From Camelus dromedarius (taxonomy: Eukaryota), in assembly GCF_036321535.1 (NCBI RefSeq), contig NC_087447.1:46936001-47000000 (forward strand): a stretch of 64,000 nt of DNA, given 5' to 3'. The notes below the pieces were generated by a model. The model ran no database searches. It worked only from the letters and a program-made list of their open reading frames with translations, and was not told the DNA's origin. Shown here piece by piece: positions 26,274 through 38,419 of the stretch (positions are counted from its first letter, which is position 1; every line of letters starts with the position of its first letter). Made by a program: the position numbers and the translations under genes.

Positions 26274-29200
26274 GTCAGCCTACAGAGCACAACACTCCAC
26301 TCACCATGGCAGCAGGCTGGGTGTGGTCCCTAGAGAGAAATCAATGTTATACTAAAGCCTAAAGAGATTCTTCCCATACACTCACAGATTTTTGTTGTCA
26401 TTATAGGGAGGAGTAGTGGGTGAGGTGGTGGAAGTGGAAGGGTTTGGCATTTTTAAAAACTAGCAGCAAATCTGAAAGGAACCAAGGGGCTCTCAGGGTA
26501 ACTAATGACCTTCAAAAGCAGCCAGGCTACAGCAGGAAAGTCAGGTGGAAGAAAATTTTATTCTCCATTTTTTTTACCTGGAGAGAAGAGACTAATGAAA
26601 GGAAAACACAGGCCACTATATAGAGTCCCAACCAACTGGCAGTACCTTCTCTTCTCTGAGGACACAAGGCTGTTCTGATCACTGGTAAAATATGCAGGGT
26701 CTTGTTGCTCACAGACTGGCATGTTTCCAATTTAAATATTTATTGACAAATTTTATATTCATTCCAGTCATATCCAGGTTTATTCATTATCGCCCACACT
26801 TACTGCAGGTTCCAGCACTGCCTGTGCCCATGCCCATTTTATCATTCAAGGTGTTTGTAAATGGGCAGCTAGTACCGCTCAGGTGAGGACAGAGGGAAGC
26901 TCTCAGCAATATCATATTCTCAAGGGAGTATGCTGCTTCCCAGCCATGTCCCTGGCTTTTTTATCTGGTCTCTCATAAACGCATCAGTACATCTGCCCTC
27001 ACAGAACACGGCGGCATCAACAAATCCTGGAACCATTATCTGGCTTTGGTCTTCTCTCTTGGGCAGTCAGTGGCCACCTTTAAGTTCAGGAAGCAGGCGA
27101 GTAGTTTTCAAAGGTACTGGATACTACTTGGATTTGGGTTCAGGGTACTTACTACTTGGGCTGGCATCAGCCACAACAGTAATTCACGTTTGTTCTTTCA
27201 TGAGCACACAGCCACCTACCGTGACCTTTATTTATTATACACAGCACTTCTGATAGTCCATGTTTCACAGGTTTTTAGCTGCAATAATGGCCAGGTACAA
27301 GATAGCTAAGGTGACAGAGAAGAAGGGAAGTAGGGCTCCCACATACCCTGGGAATTCTCAGCTCTGAGTGGGGAGATGTAGCTTTGACCTCTATGGTGTC
27401 CTCAGAATGAGACAAGCTGTTATGACCAAGGCCAACTTCACAACACAAAACAATCTGTACAGATGCCCTGTCTTTCACTCAATAGTTACTATTGAGCACC
27501 TACCAATATTAAACACTTCTCTCTCCATTTGTACATAGATGTCAGGCGTGGTGCTCCTTGCTGAGGGGAGAGGGAGAGACACATCTAAGCCCCAAAAGGC
27601 CAGTCCCCTCAGGTACCCCAGAGCACATGGAGCACTTACTTAAAATTGGGGTTAGAAGACAGGGTGGAGTTTGGGGGTACTTGGTATACTATTTGCTAGA
27701 TTAATCAATATATGGATCATAGAATCTGAAATGGCAGTGACTTTAGAAGACATCCAATCTACCTCCAGCCCATAGTCCTCTAACTTCTGCTCACAAACCT
27801 ACAGGTAAGGGAGTCCCATACCGCAAAACACCTACCAACCCCTTCCATTACGAGGTGAGGAATGACACAAGATAGTTCATATCAAACTAACTCCTGCCCT
27901 CTGGAGACACGTGGGAAAAGTAGCATGGTACTCTTCAGAGATTGACAACAGAATCAGGTGTTCCCCAGCTCTCCCTGAAGCTAGAAAACCCCCAGTTCTC
28001 TGAGTGTTCATATTTGTGGTCGAGTTTCCAGACCTGCCTTGACCTGCTCTAAACAGGGCAGCTTCAACTGATCCTCAGGCAGCGCAGGGCCCTGGAGGAG
28101 CCAAGGAGAACAGTAACCTGTAGCAGCCTGGACACCCTTAATCCACCCTAGGTAGCAGGAGCCCCACACAGCCTCAAGTTTTAGGCTCATCCCACCAGTG
28201 GCTCCCACTGAGCCAATCCCCCAGGCTGCTGCCTCATCAGGCTGGATGCTCGTCCATATGTGGGCTTATTTGGATCTTAACTTTTATTCATCTTTGTTAT
28301 TTCATTTTAGGCTTCACAGTCAGGTGTGAGGTTGGGGGTCAGGATTAGGACTTTATTCATGAGTGGGGTACTCTGCTCCAGTACCCTCCTGCCATCTTCC
28401 CCCACCCTCCAGCCCCAATTGTGAGTTCTGCTCACTCCAGGACTAAGAGAGCCATCTGGTGGATGCTGCCTGACCTGCAGCTGAGAAGAAGATCAAGTTG
28501 GATGGGAATAGAAAAGTGGGTCCAGTAAGAGCTAAGGGGAGGGTGAAGATGACCTGCCCAGTTCAGCAGATGCTAAGTACTTCCTTCCCCAGAGGCAGCT
28601 TTAGACAAGTAACCAAAGGCATAGGGGCAATTGGAAAAATATAGTCACTTCAACCAGAGCTGGTGTGTGGTTCTGGGTCTGTCACTGACAGACTGTGAGC
28701 CTGAGCAGGGCCTAGCCTCTCCCTGGATCTTATCTGTCAAAAAAAGAAGGGCAGGGGTCCATGAAGATAGGTTCTGACATTGCTCTATTTCCTATCCTCC
28801 TCCTCAACCAAACTTTATGAGGCCATTATCCACACTACCTGCTTACCTTCCATTCACTTTTGAACTCACTCCATGCTAGCTGCTGTCCCCAGGCCCTTGC
28901 CATTTCATTGAAATAGCCCTCACCAGGGTCACCAGGAACTTCTGAGTTGCCAGAATTACTTTTCAGCTCATCTCCCTGAAACTCACCCCTATCAACTATG
29001 GACTCCCTGAGCATCTTTAAAACTATCCTCTGGTTCTTCCCATCCTGCCCTGGTTATTCTTTAACTTCTTTAATGGACCCTCCCCTTTCTCCTCCTCCCT
29101 CCTCTGTACCCTCACTCTCCTTGAGCAATCTCCTGTTTCTCTAACATGTGTACACTCTATGCTAATGCTTCTCAAGTCTGTGTCTCCTGAGCTTCAGATC

Positions 29201-30400
29201 TTCATATCCAACTGCTAACTTGGCTTCTCCACTTTCTTGTACTATAGGAACCTCAGACACACCAAGGCCAAGCCTGAACTCATCACCTTCCCAACCGTGT
29301 TTCTCCTTTTCTTAATCCCGTATCAGTTCATAGAACTGGTATCCACTCAGTCACCAAGAAACTGGGCAACACTCTTGAATGTTATTCTACCCTTACATCC
29401 AGTCAACCATCAAGTTATGCTGATTGTATATCCCTCTCATCCTTGCCTGGATGAGCGAAAGGGCCAAATTTGTTTTCCAGTCCCACCCACTCCCTAAAAT
29501 CCATACTCCACGCTAAAGCTTCAGAGTGGTCTTTCTGAAATGAAAGATCTGAATCATCTCCTTTGCTTTCAACCCTCCAGTGGCTTCCCATCACCTACAG
29601 GATAAAGTCTAAGATACTCAGCCTGTGCCTTTGCTCATGCTCTTCTCACCCTTTCCACCCTTCCTTGCCTGACTCACATTTCCTAATCCACTGAGATATC
29701 CAGTTCAGGTTTCACCTTCCCTAGGAAACTACGCTGAGCTCCCAGCCTGAGTTAGGAGCCCCCCTTCCATGCTTCCACAACTTGAATAACATCAGTCATC
29801 CTCTACTGACCATTTGTTTCCATTTCGCCAGATGAGCTCCTCCAAGGCATAAACATCTGCTCCATTTCTATTATGCATACAGAGCTTGGTACAGACCATC
29901 TCTCATGTTGTTCACCATTGTATATCCAGTATCCGGCACATAGTAGTTGCTCAGTATTAATAAAAGAGTGGGTTACACTGAGTGAGTTCTATGGGCTCTA
30001 TCAGTGAATAATTCTGGATTTTGTGCTATCAATATCTTGCTTAAAAAAAAAATTGGTTCAAGCCCAACACCTCTAGTTCTTAGTTTCCTCATCTATAAAA
30101 TTCCCCCCACACAACAGTATACAGACGACCCAAGATACAGTAGACATTTAAGGAACATGTGACCCAAACCAAGAGTTTAAGATGGACAGTATCTGGCCCC
30201 TAATCCAAGCTCACTGGCTGCCAGGGCCTGTGGAACAGGGCCCTCAGCTGAGTGGATAGAGTCTCACTAGACACAAGCATGGGGTGACAGCCCTGCCAGC
30301 TCCTCCAGCTCCAGCTTAGGCTGCAAATCCTCCCAGCTGTCCCTTCCCACCCTCCAGAGCCAGAAAAGCTACGATGACATACCTCACTTTGTCCCCACAG

Positions 30401-30606
30401 ATCTGTTAAGCGAGGAGCCAAGGACAGGGCTACGACCACTAAGGCACTCAAAATCGGGGAAGCCAATGACCCAGTCCCTGTGGCTGAATAATAATGTCCT
30501 CAATGACCTGAGAGACTTCAACCATGTGGTTTCACAGCTGTTGGAGCATCCGGAGAACCTGGCCTGGATCGACCTGTCCTTCAACGACTTGACTTGCATT
30601 GACCCT
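30401..30606 (+). CDS. LRRC51: LRRC51 coding exon 2 (leucine-rich repeats)
   Basis: Acceptor CCCCACAG; encodes LLSEEPRTGLRPL...SLWLNNNVLNDL...LAWIDLSFNDLTCIDP; donor GTGAGT. Confidence 0.95.
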
Positions 30607-31509
30607 GTGAGTCCAGTCAGGGTGGGCCTGAAGCCACCTCGTCCAGCCTCCCAGTCTCTCCACCTCCCACGTTATCAAGGCAGTAGTGAGGCAGCATGGT
30701 GCCGTGCAAAGCACTCGACCATGGGCTCAGACACATAGAGGTTCAAGTCCTTGATTTGCCTCTTACTGACCCTTGGGCAAGCTACCTAACTTTTCAAAAC
30801 CTCGGCCTCCCTGTCTGAAAAATGGGGACAAAATGTAAGCATTATAAAGGTTTTGTGAGGATTAAATGAGACTGTATGAAAAGCAACCTGCAATAGGAAG
30901 CTGAGATAAAATTGTAGCTCTCATGAGGCACCTACTGCTTTGTGCCATGTTCCTTTATAGAGGTAGGTACTAAAAATACAGCATTTACTTTCCATGAACT
31001 CAGACTCAAGTTTTAAGAAGAAACAAAACTGGCCCCCTTTTGTCCAAGATCAGTGTTAGAAGGGAAAGGAGCTAGAGTATGACTTAGAAATTGTTCCCCA
31101 GGTGCCTGGACCTTAATTAAACTACTATATTAAAAGTTCTTACGTACCTAGCATGATGCTGTGTCCACTGCTGTGATGGTATCTTAGATCACCTAGGCAG
31201 GAAAGGTCTTCAGTGAAGGGGCAGCTAAGGCTCAGAGGAGAGGCAGAAGAGCCCCGGCTTCTGGCAAGTCAGAGGCAATGCTAGGACCCAGGCCCATATC
31301 TCCTGCCCCTCAAATCACAGCTCTGTGTCAGTGTGGTGCCCCTATACCCCTTCAAAGGTAAATGCAGGTAGGCTGCAGTCAATCCAGTCTGGCTGGGGTG
31401 GGGGGAAGAGAAGTTGTCCCCCAAACTCTTCCTTCTCTGCCCACAAGTCAGTCTTGAGCTTAGATACAGGGCTCTGTCCAGTCTAGCTTTTGGTTTCTTT
31501 CCCCAACAG

Positions 31510-31658
31510 ATCCTGACAACTTTCTTCAACCTCAGTGTCCTCTATCTCCATGGCAACAGCATCCAGCACCTTGGAGAGGTGAACAAGCTGGCTGTCCTCC
31601 CTCGGCTCCGGAGCCTGACACTCCATGGGAACCCCATAGAGGAAGAGAAGGGGTACAG
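31510..31658 (+). CDS. LRRC51: LRRC51 coding exon 3
   Basis: ILTTFFNLSVLYLHGNSIQHLGEVNKLAVLPRLRSLTLHGNPIEEEKGY; donor AG|GTAAGT. Confidence 0.95.
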
Positions 31659-31937
31659 GTAAGTGCCCTACCCTGGAGGCAGGCTCCAGCTGGGTTCCCC
31701 TGAAGGAAAGGAGGAAGGGAGACAAGAAATGCAACATGTCCTTCCGCTATGCTTGGAACAGGGGAGCGAGCAGAGAGCTTTAGGCATTTCTTGCTGTCAG
31801 TCAGGGTAAACTCAGTCTCCACCAAACTCTGCTCAAGTCCTTCCATTCCTTGCAGTCAGGGAAGAGAGCAGTAACTGGTGGAGGGGAATAGGGGTTGTAG
31901 TAGAGGGACTGGCCCCCAGCCCAAGTCTTCCCCACAG

Positions 31938-32079
31938 GCAGTATGTGCTGTGCACCCTGCCCCGTATCACCACGTTCGACTTCAGTGGGGTCACCAAAGC
32001 AGACCGCACAACAGCTGAAGTGTGGAAACGCATGAACATCAAACCCAAGAAGGTCCAGGTCAAGCACAACGTATCCTGA
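31938..32079 (+). CDS. LRRC51: LRRC51 last coding exon (LRRcap region)
   Basis: QYVLCTLPRITTFDFSGVTKADRTTAEVWKRMNIKPKKVQVKHNVS followed by TGA. Confidence 0.95.
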
Positions 32080-32134
32080 GGCTCCCAGGACCCCAGCAGT
32101 CCTAAAGGCCCGAAGATGGTCAGTTTGGTTTGAC

Positions 32135-32140
32135 AATAAA
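32135..32140 (+). terminator. LRRC51: LRRC51 polyadenylation signal
   Basis: AATAAA 56 nt after the stop codon. Confidence 0.75.
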
Positions 32141-32952
32141 TGATTTGAGCTGTTCAGCAGATGAGAAGTCCCTTGTACCATGTAAAGATGCCCATCCAAC
32201 TCAGGCAACTGCCAGTAGCTCTGGTCTTACTTCACTGAAACCAGGAGGCAGTGGAGGGAACGGCCTGCTGGCTTGAGACACAGGAGACCTAGGCTCACTG
32301 CTTGGCCTTGGGAAACTTACCTAAACTCGCTGGGCCTTTTTTACTCTTCAGCTCAGATATCCTGGGGTCAGAGTGGCTTCAGGAGCACCAAGGTTCTGTG
32401 GAGATGCCTCAGAGGCCTCCATGACAGGAGGCCAAGAAGATGGGCTGGGAGCTCTGGCCCCCAACTTCAATCAAGTCAGAGTAGTTTCAACTCTCATGTT
32501 TTACATGTTGTGATTCTGCTTAAGATTTCATTTGATAAACAGGATCTTCTTCTTGAAACTGTGTTTGCTAACTCCGTACCAGGTGCTCCTGATCTGCCTG
32601 CCTACCTCCACCCCCTCAATGGGCTTCCCGGTAATTCCACTGAGCCTGAGACACGGCCCCCAACAGTGACAGCTGCCTCAGATTCAAGTCCATTCAGCTT
32701 TGACACTGTCCCCATCATTGAAGGAAGGATAAGTGCACTCTTATCATCCAATCTGAGGTTAGCCCAGGCCAAGTCTCAGCTAAGACCTGAGAGTCTGAGC
32801 CCCTATCTCTTGGATTCCTTTTAGTACCCCTAGAAGACACGCCCTCCCCCTCGTCCACCTCACTGCTCACGGACTTGAGTAGCCAGAAGTATGTAGTAGG
32901 GTGGTGGGCAGGACAGAGGGGCTGGAACCAGCACACAGATGGATACACTTCC

Positions 32953-32958
32953 TTTATC
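32953..32958 (-). terminator. LAMTOR1: Probable LAMTOR1 poly(A) signal (GATAAA variant)
   Basis: TTTATC on plus is GATAAA on minus, preceded by a U-rich tract and followed by GU-rich TCTGTGTGCTGG. Confidence 0.5.
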
Positions 32959-33468
32959 AAGCATGACAAACCAAAACAAAACCAAAAACCCCAAAAATGT
33001 AAAAACCCAGGGTGCTAGAAATACAAACTCAATTCATTCAAATTCAAGCTCGTCAGACCCTGGTCACAAGCCCTCATGAGGTGCATGTGAGCACCAAGTC
33101 AGGGAGGGGGGACAGGAGTGAGGCCAAGAAAGGGTGGGCAGGGGGCCCCCAAGGGCCCCCGAGTGATCACCCTGGCACCGGCACCTCCACCTTCTCAGTG
33201 ACGATGAAGACCTACCAGGCCCTGTCCCTTCCGCCCCAACTCCACCCCTGGCCAGGGCGTTGAATGCCAGTCCCAAATGGTTCTACCCTCCCTTGCTCCA
33301 TCCTCACTTGCTCAGGCTTCTAGCCTCTCTTCTCCTCCTCCATGTTCTTCGGTGATTAGTAGCAGGTTAGGGTACTGTATAAGCCGCAGTGAGGCTGGGG
33401 GCCAGGGTGGGCAGGGTAGAGACGGGGTGAAGAGAGGAGAAGAAGAGCTGTCCAGGGACCCCCTCTCT

Positions 33469-33561
33469 TCACGGGATCCCAAACTGTACAACCAGCTCCT
33501 CTTTCGCGTCCACACGGATCTGAGAAAGTGCACTGTAGGCATAAGCAGCTATCCTGGAGAC
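33469..33561 (-). CDS. LAMTOR1: LAMTOR1 exon 5 (coding part)
   Basis: VSRIAAYAYSALSQIRVDAKEELVVQFGIP followed by TGA; CTCAG acceptor. Confidence 0.97.
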   Translation of the reverse strand, partial: VSRIAAYAYSALSQIRVDAKEELVVQFGIP

Positions 33562-33900
33562 CTGAGACAGAGGGACAGGGCGGGGAGAGAGGAACAGAGA
33601 GATAGGTGAGAAGGGAGATCCGGAATCAGGGCAGGGAGATTGTAGGGCCAGAGAGGAGGGAATGACAGAGGCTGGGAAGCCAAAGACAAAGGCAGGGACA
33701 GGAAAGACAGAAGGAAAGAACAAAGGGTAGAAAAAGAATGAAGGCTGAAAAAAGGAAATGAGGAGGAGATAAAAAGTAAGAGGTGGGAGCAAGCAGGGTC
33801 CCCGAGCTACCAGGCTCCCTATCTCCTCTGTGGCAGAGAAGGTGAACCCTCTGCTGCACCCTGGGCAGGGCAGGCAGGCACAGGGCGAGGGGTGGCTCAC

Positions 33901-34027
33901 CTGCTGCAAGTCGGAGAAGGGGACAGGTTCGCTGGCCAACACCTGGTGGGGCTGGCTGGTGAGAGATGGCAGCGGCGGCAGCTTCTTCCAATGGGTCAGG
34001 CTGCTGCTCAGCACAGCGAGGCGAGTG
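33901..34027 (-). CDS. LAMTOR1: LAMTOR1 exon 4
   Basis: TRLAVLSSSLTHWKKLPPLPSLTSQPHQVLASEPVPFSDLQQ; donor GTGAGC. Confidence 0.97.
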
Positions 34028-34363
34028 CTGGCCAAGAGGGAGACGGGGAAGCGGGGGACAAGCAGTCAGGCCACAGTCGGCCCAGCCAGCCCAGGCAAGC
34101 CTCACTCCCTCAGACCAGAGAGGCAGGTGACAGGGGCCTTAGTTTGGGGCCCACCTCCCTTGGTCTACACACCCTTGAGTGTCACAGGGCAAACTGGGTA
34201 GACATGAATATTTACGGAGGCGCCGGAATGATCTGTGGCCACTCTCCTGAGCCGCACCCAAACGAGGAGCCTGGACTGGGGCCCAGGCTCCAAAGCTGGA
34301 TCGCGAGGAGGGGAAGGGAGGAGCCCAAGGAGCCTGAGGAATCCAAGCTGGCCAGGTGCTCAC

Positions 34364-34441
34364 CTGTACTGCCTTGCCCGGTCCATGTACTCATGCTGCT
34401 CCATGCCCTGGGAGTCTGCAGCAGACACGTCGATGATGTTG
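34364..34441 (-). CDS. LAMTOR1: LAMTOR1 exon 3
   Basis: [28 protein letters not shown] acceptor, GTGAGC donor. Confidence 0.97.
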
Positions 34442-34693
34442 CTTTGGGGAGAGGAGGCAGAGAGGACATGACAGGTGCTTCCAAGAGGGACAAACAAGAT
34501 TCCCTGCCAGGTGCCAACTCCAGAGCAATCCGACACCAGTGTCCTTGCCTGCCCACTGGAGCAGGGCTGCACCCAGAGGCACCTCTCCCCACAGAACTTA
34601 TCTCATCCCCCATGTCCTGGGCCTGGCTTGCTTATCCCAGCCTTTAACATGGATGAAGGAGTTCTGCCCTAGGCCTGGTCCTGTGATGCCCAC

Positions 34694-34839
34694 CTGGCTG
34701 TCTTGGCGAGGATAGAGGAGAGCAGTGCCTGCTCATCTGTGCGAGCGGAAGGCAGGCTGTGGTAGTTGGGCTCGGCTCCATTGAGGGCTTTGGTTGGGGG
34801 GCTGCTAGGGTCCAGCAGCAGTTTCCGCTCCTCTCGGTC
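34694..34839 (-). CDS. LAMTOR1: LAMTOR1 exon 2
   Basis: [48 protein letters not shown], which includes the dileucine motif. Confidence 0.97.
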
Positions 34840-35201
34840 CTAGGAGAGGCCATGGGGAAGAAGTCAGCCCCGAGACCCTTAGTCCAACCTACCTTTTATT
34901 GGGCTCTCCTCTCAGCCCAGCTCTGACCTTTAAGGACCAAAAATATTTTTACAGGGAATATCCCAAGTGCCCAACTATGGAGTGCCAGATCTACGATTCA
35001 GTTCCTGACTGCCCTTGGGAGCTGAGACAAGTTGGTCATCTAGGATGAACTGGAACCAAACAGTCCTAGAGGCCCTAACATGATGGACAGAGACACAGAG
35101 CAGGTATTCAGTAACAGCCCTGGAGCTTCAGAAAACAGCCCAGCACTCAGTGAAGAAAGGATATTAGAGGCTAGAAGCCAGAGGAGGTGTAAAATACCAT
35201 A

Positions 35202-35312
35202 GGGGTGGGGGTATAGCTCAGTGGTAGAGCAGGTGCTTAGCATGCATGAGGTCCTGGGTTCAATTCCCAGTACCTCCATTAAAAAATTTTTTTTAATAAA
35301 TAAAATGAAATA
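35202..35312 (+). mobile_element. tRNA-derived SINE (camelid Vic-type) in LAMTOR1 intron 1
   Basis: GGGGGTATAGCTCAGTGGTAGAGC...GGTTCAATTCCCAGTACCTCC with AT-rich tail. Confidence 0.85.
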
Positions 35313-38300
35313 AGTATTTGAAAAATGCAAACACAGAGGGGGTGGAAAATATCAAAACAGTGGGGCTGAAGAGAAACTGATGCAAGAGTCCAAGAATGGC
35401 CCTCCTGATCCCTAGGACCAGACCCTCCACAGCAAGGGTGTCTGCTCCCAGGATGGAGAGGTCCTGAGGACAGACAGGGCCCCAGACCCCCAAGGGCAAG
35501 CAAGTCCAACCTCTCAATGGCCATTCCTCATATTATCTCAGGACAGGAGTTACAGCCCTAGGCTCTGGGTCCTACAGTCCAAGTGTCCCTTTTTGAGGGC
35601 GTGTCCCTTCTGCTCTCAGGTGTCCACTCTCCTCTCCTCCAATGCTCTCTTTGTGTGGGACTCCCAGAACCAAACTCAGTGCACCTGCTGTATCCTGACT
35701 GAACAGTGGAGTTGTTCCCTCCCTTGCCAAGCCCTTGTGAATGGAGCTTCATTAATTTTCAGCAGCCCTATTCCTGTGAGCCTATGCTGATCCTCACAAC
35801 CCCCAGAACTGACCTGGGGCCAAACCAAGTCTCCCCGGTCCTATATAATTCTATGTGTATTTCTCCTCATCCTGTTTTAGTCCCTTGTTCTAATCTACAG
35901 CAATCTTTCTGAACTCACCCCTGCCTTGAACCCATCAGCTGCAAATCCCTGCTGGCTTTGTGTCAGCTGCAAATTGGATAAGCAGATGTGCTGGATATCT
36001 ATCTAAGTCATAAAGAACAAGGGTATCCAGTACAAAGCCAAGGACAAGGGGCCCATCCTGGCTAAGGCTGACTCACCTGCCCTCAGTGCCAGACCACCAG
36101 GCTCCCCAATGCTCCATTTCATGCCTATCTCAGTTCCTACCGGAGACTTTTCACACTTGCAGGCTCCCAGCTTCCCTGCCCACAACTCCACAATTCTCCT
36201 TACAGAGGGCTACTTCCTCCTACCCCGCCTGCCCCGCCCTAGGCAGGCCCAGCCTTTTTACAGTACTCTTCTTCGAGTCTCAAGTCTCAAGTCTCCGTTG
36301 TCCGTGTCCTCAGTTCCCAACAGGAGACAGAAGCTGTGGGCTTCTGCCCTATAAACTCCCAACTCCTAGACACCTCCTGTCCTCCCTAAAACACAGGCTA
36401 AGTATTAAAAGGCTAGAAAGACAAAATTCTTGCCAAAGACTAAACTATCTCTAAGGAAAGCTGGCTCCATAATGAAGCCCAAGTTTGCTTCCTGTATGTG
36501 CATCCCCCAGCCCCACTTCAGACAGATCCTGCTGCAGGACAGGACAGTTTCTCCCCTATCAGGGCTTCTGCAAGAACAAGGCTGTTTTCCTGAGACCTAG
36601 ACTCCTGGAAGAAGTCATGCTACCACATCAGAGTGGACAGATAACATCACCCCACTCCCAAGAAGGTGAGTGGAGCATGGAGGAGGTTTTTTCACACCAA
36701 GGTTTGTCGCTGAGTCAATGTCAACCTGGAAGTCAAGAGTTTCACTGTCTACCCTAATGCAGACACATAAATGGCCTGCCTGTGACTAGCCACCCGGTCT
36801 GTGGGCACAGCTTGAAGAGACAGCTTGGCCCAATGGATACAGACATGACTTAGCATCAACACATCTTGGCTGTGGCACTTTTCAGCTTTGTAACCTTGGC
36901 CAAATCACAGCCTCTCTGAACTTTTATTTATCTTTAAATAGACATTCCTGGTACCTATATGACATATGTTTGGCTGGAGTCAAGTGAGCTATCTGTAAAA
37001 GGCCTTTGAAAACTGTAATGTGTTGTATATTTCCTTTTTATTATTATAACAAAGGGGAAGATATGAAAGTGGGAGAGGAGCCTGCCCAAGAGCTGAAAGA
37101 GGGACTCTGGGATAGTGGCTGGTTATGGCTTATAGACCAGGTAAGTAGACCTTTGCCACGTGAAGCCTCAAATCACCCAGGACTGATCAAGCACCATCTC
37201 TGGGGGTTAGAAACAGAAGTGAAAGCCCATCAAGGGGAAGGTGGAGATTCTCAGGAGAGCAGCAAGCCCAGCAATTCCAGCGAGAAGCTAGTATCCTTCC
37301 TCATAAAGCAAGAGTCTCATTCCCTGCAAGAGTCCCTGTTATGCTTTAAGGGCCAATTTCCCATTATGCTACAGCTTTCCCAATAGGCAGGAATATTGTC
37401 TCCTATTTCTAACAAGCTGGGGTGAAGTCTGAGGTGTTGGCCATGAGGCATGCCAAACACAAAGAATAAAAAATGAGTATGTGTTCACTGGGTATTTACA
37501 GAATTAATAAGGTCCAGGGGTCACCCATACCTCCTATACAAATGACATTTTCCCACATTTAAGTCCTTAATCCAAAATAGGTCCATATGAGTCACTGAGG
37601 AAAAACCTACTTCTCATGTACCAGTGATATAATCTATTTCTGTGACCATCTATTTCTACTTGCTAAAACCTTTCTACTGTTTTACTGTTTTTGTCTCTAT
37701 GTGTTGAAATGTAGAATCTAGGCTTAAGAGGCAACCAAAAAGGCAAGTGGCCAACAACCTGAGACTTTAATCCTTAAAAAGGTCTCCCCCTCCTCAAAGG
37801 AGGTCAGGCAGGCAGGGATTAAACTGTTGCAAGAAGTGAGAATGCACCAAGAGAAAGAGGGAGAATTTACAACTGTACAGGTCTCCCCAGCCTAATTATT
37901 TATGCAAAGGGATCGGATCTACAGCCAAATACCCAGGACAAGCACCCTTCTAGCTAGAGAAACCCTCAGGCCCTAGGCAGGGACTGCACTAAGGCAAGCC
38001 AAACTGAGCTCCTCAACCCATCTCTCTTCCCCCGCTCCAGTACAGTCAAAGGTAAACCCGATTTGTTGCATCCCAACTTCTCACACATCCGGATGTCCTC
38101 ACTGTATCTATTACATCCTTCACCGACCAACTCAAATGACACCAACTTCCAGAGACCTTCTCTGACCCTAGACCAGTAGTGACCTTCCTTCTTCAACCCC
38201 AGGGACTGAGAGAATACAGATTCCTGATTTCATCTGGAGACAACCTAACTTAGGGCCTCAGTTTACCCACCTCTACAATGGATTCACAAAGCCCGCTACT

Positions 38301-38419
38301 ACAAGCACAGAGAAGGCATGGGAAGCTGGGAAGGGAGTGCTTCCCAGGGACCTAAGGCTGAGAATCCTTGAAGTTGTAAAGGTCCGAAGGCAGGGGGAGG
38401 TGGAAGGGGTGGGAGAGAG

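Larger units (their letters stand above)
21851..27305 (-). pseudogene. Putative decayed multi-exon gene, antisense within LRRC51 introns (unidentified)
   Basis: Six minus-strand AG/GT-bounded blocks with mutually compatible phases (27305-26578, 26329-26305, 25485-25348, 24480-24121, 24046-23962, 22033-21851). Translation looks protein-like but has many stops. No homolog recognised. Confidence 0.3.

Noticed and set aside
28436..28480. 45-nt minus-strand exon-like block upstream of the putative fossil gene
   Set aside because: Splice sites and phase fit, but it is too short to distinguish from chance, so it is left out of the chain.
33892..34647. 251-aa plus-strand ORF
   Set aside because: Antisense shadow across GC-rich LAMTOR1 exons and introns, with no recognisable protein.
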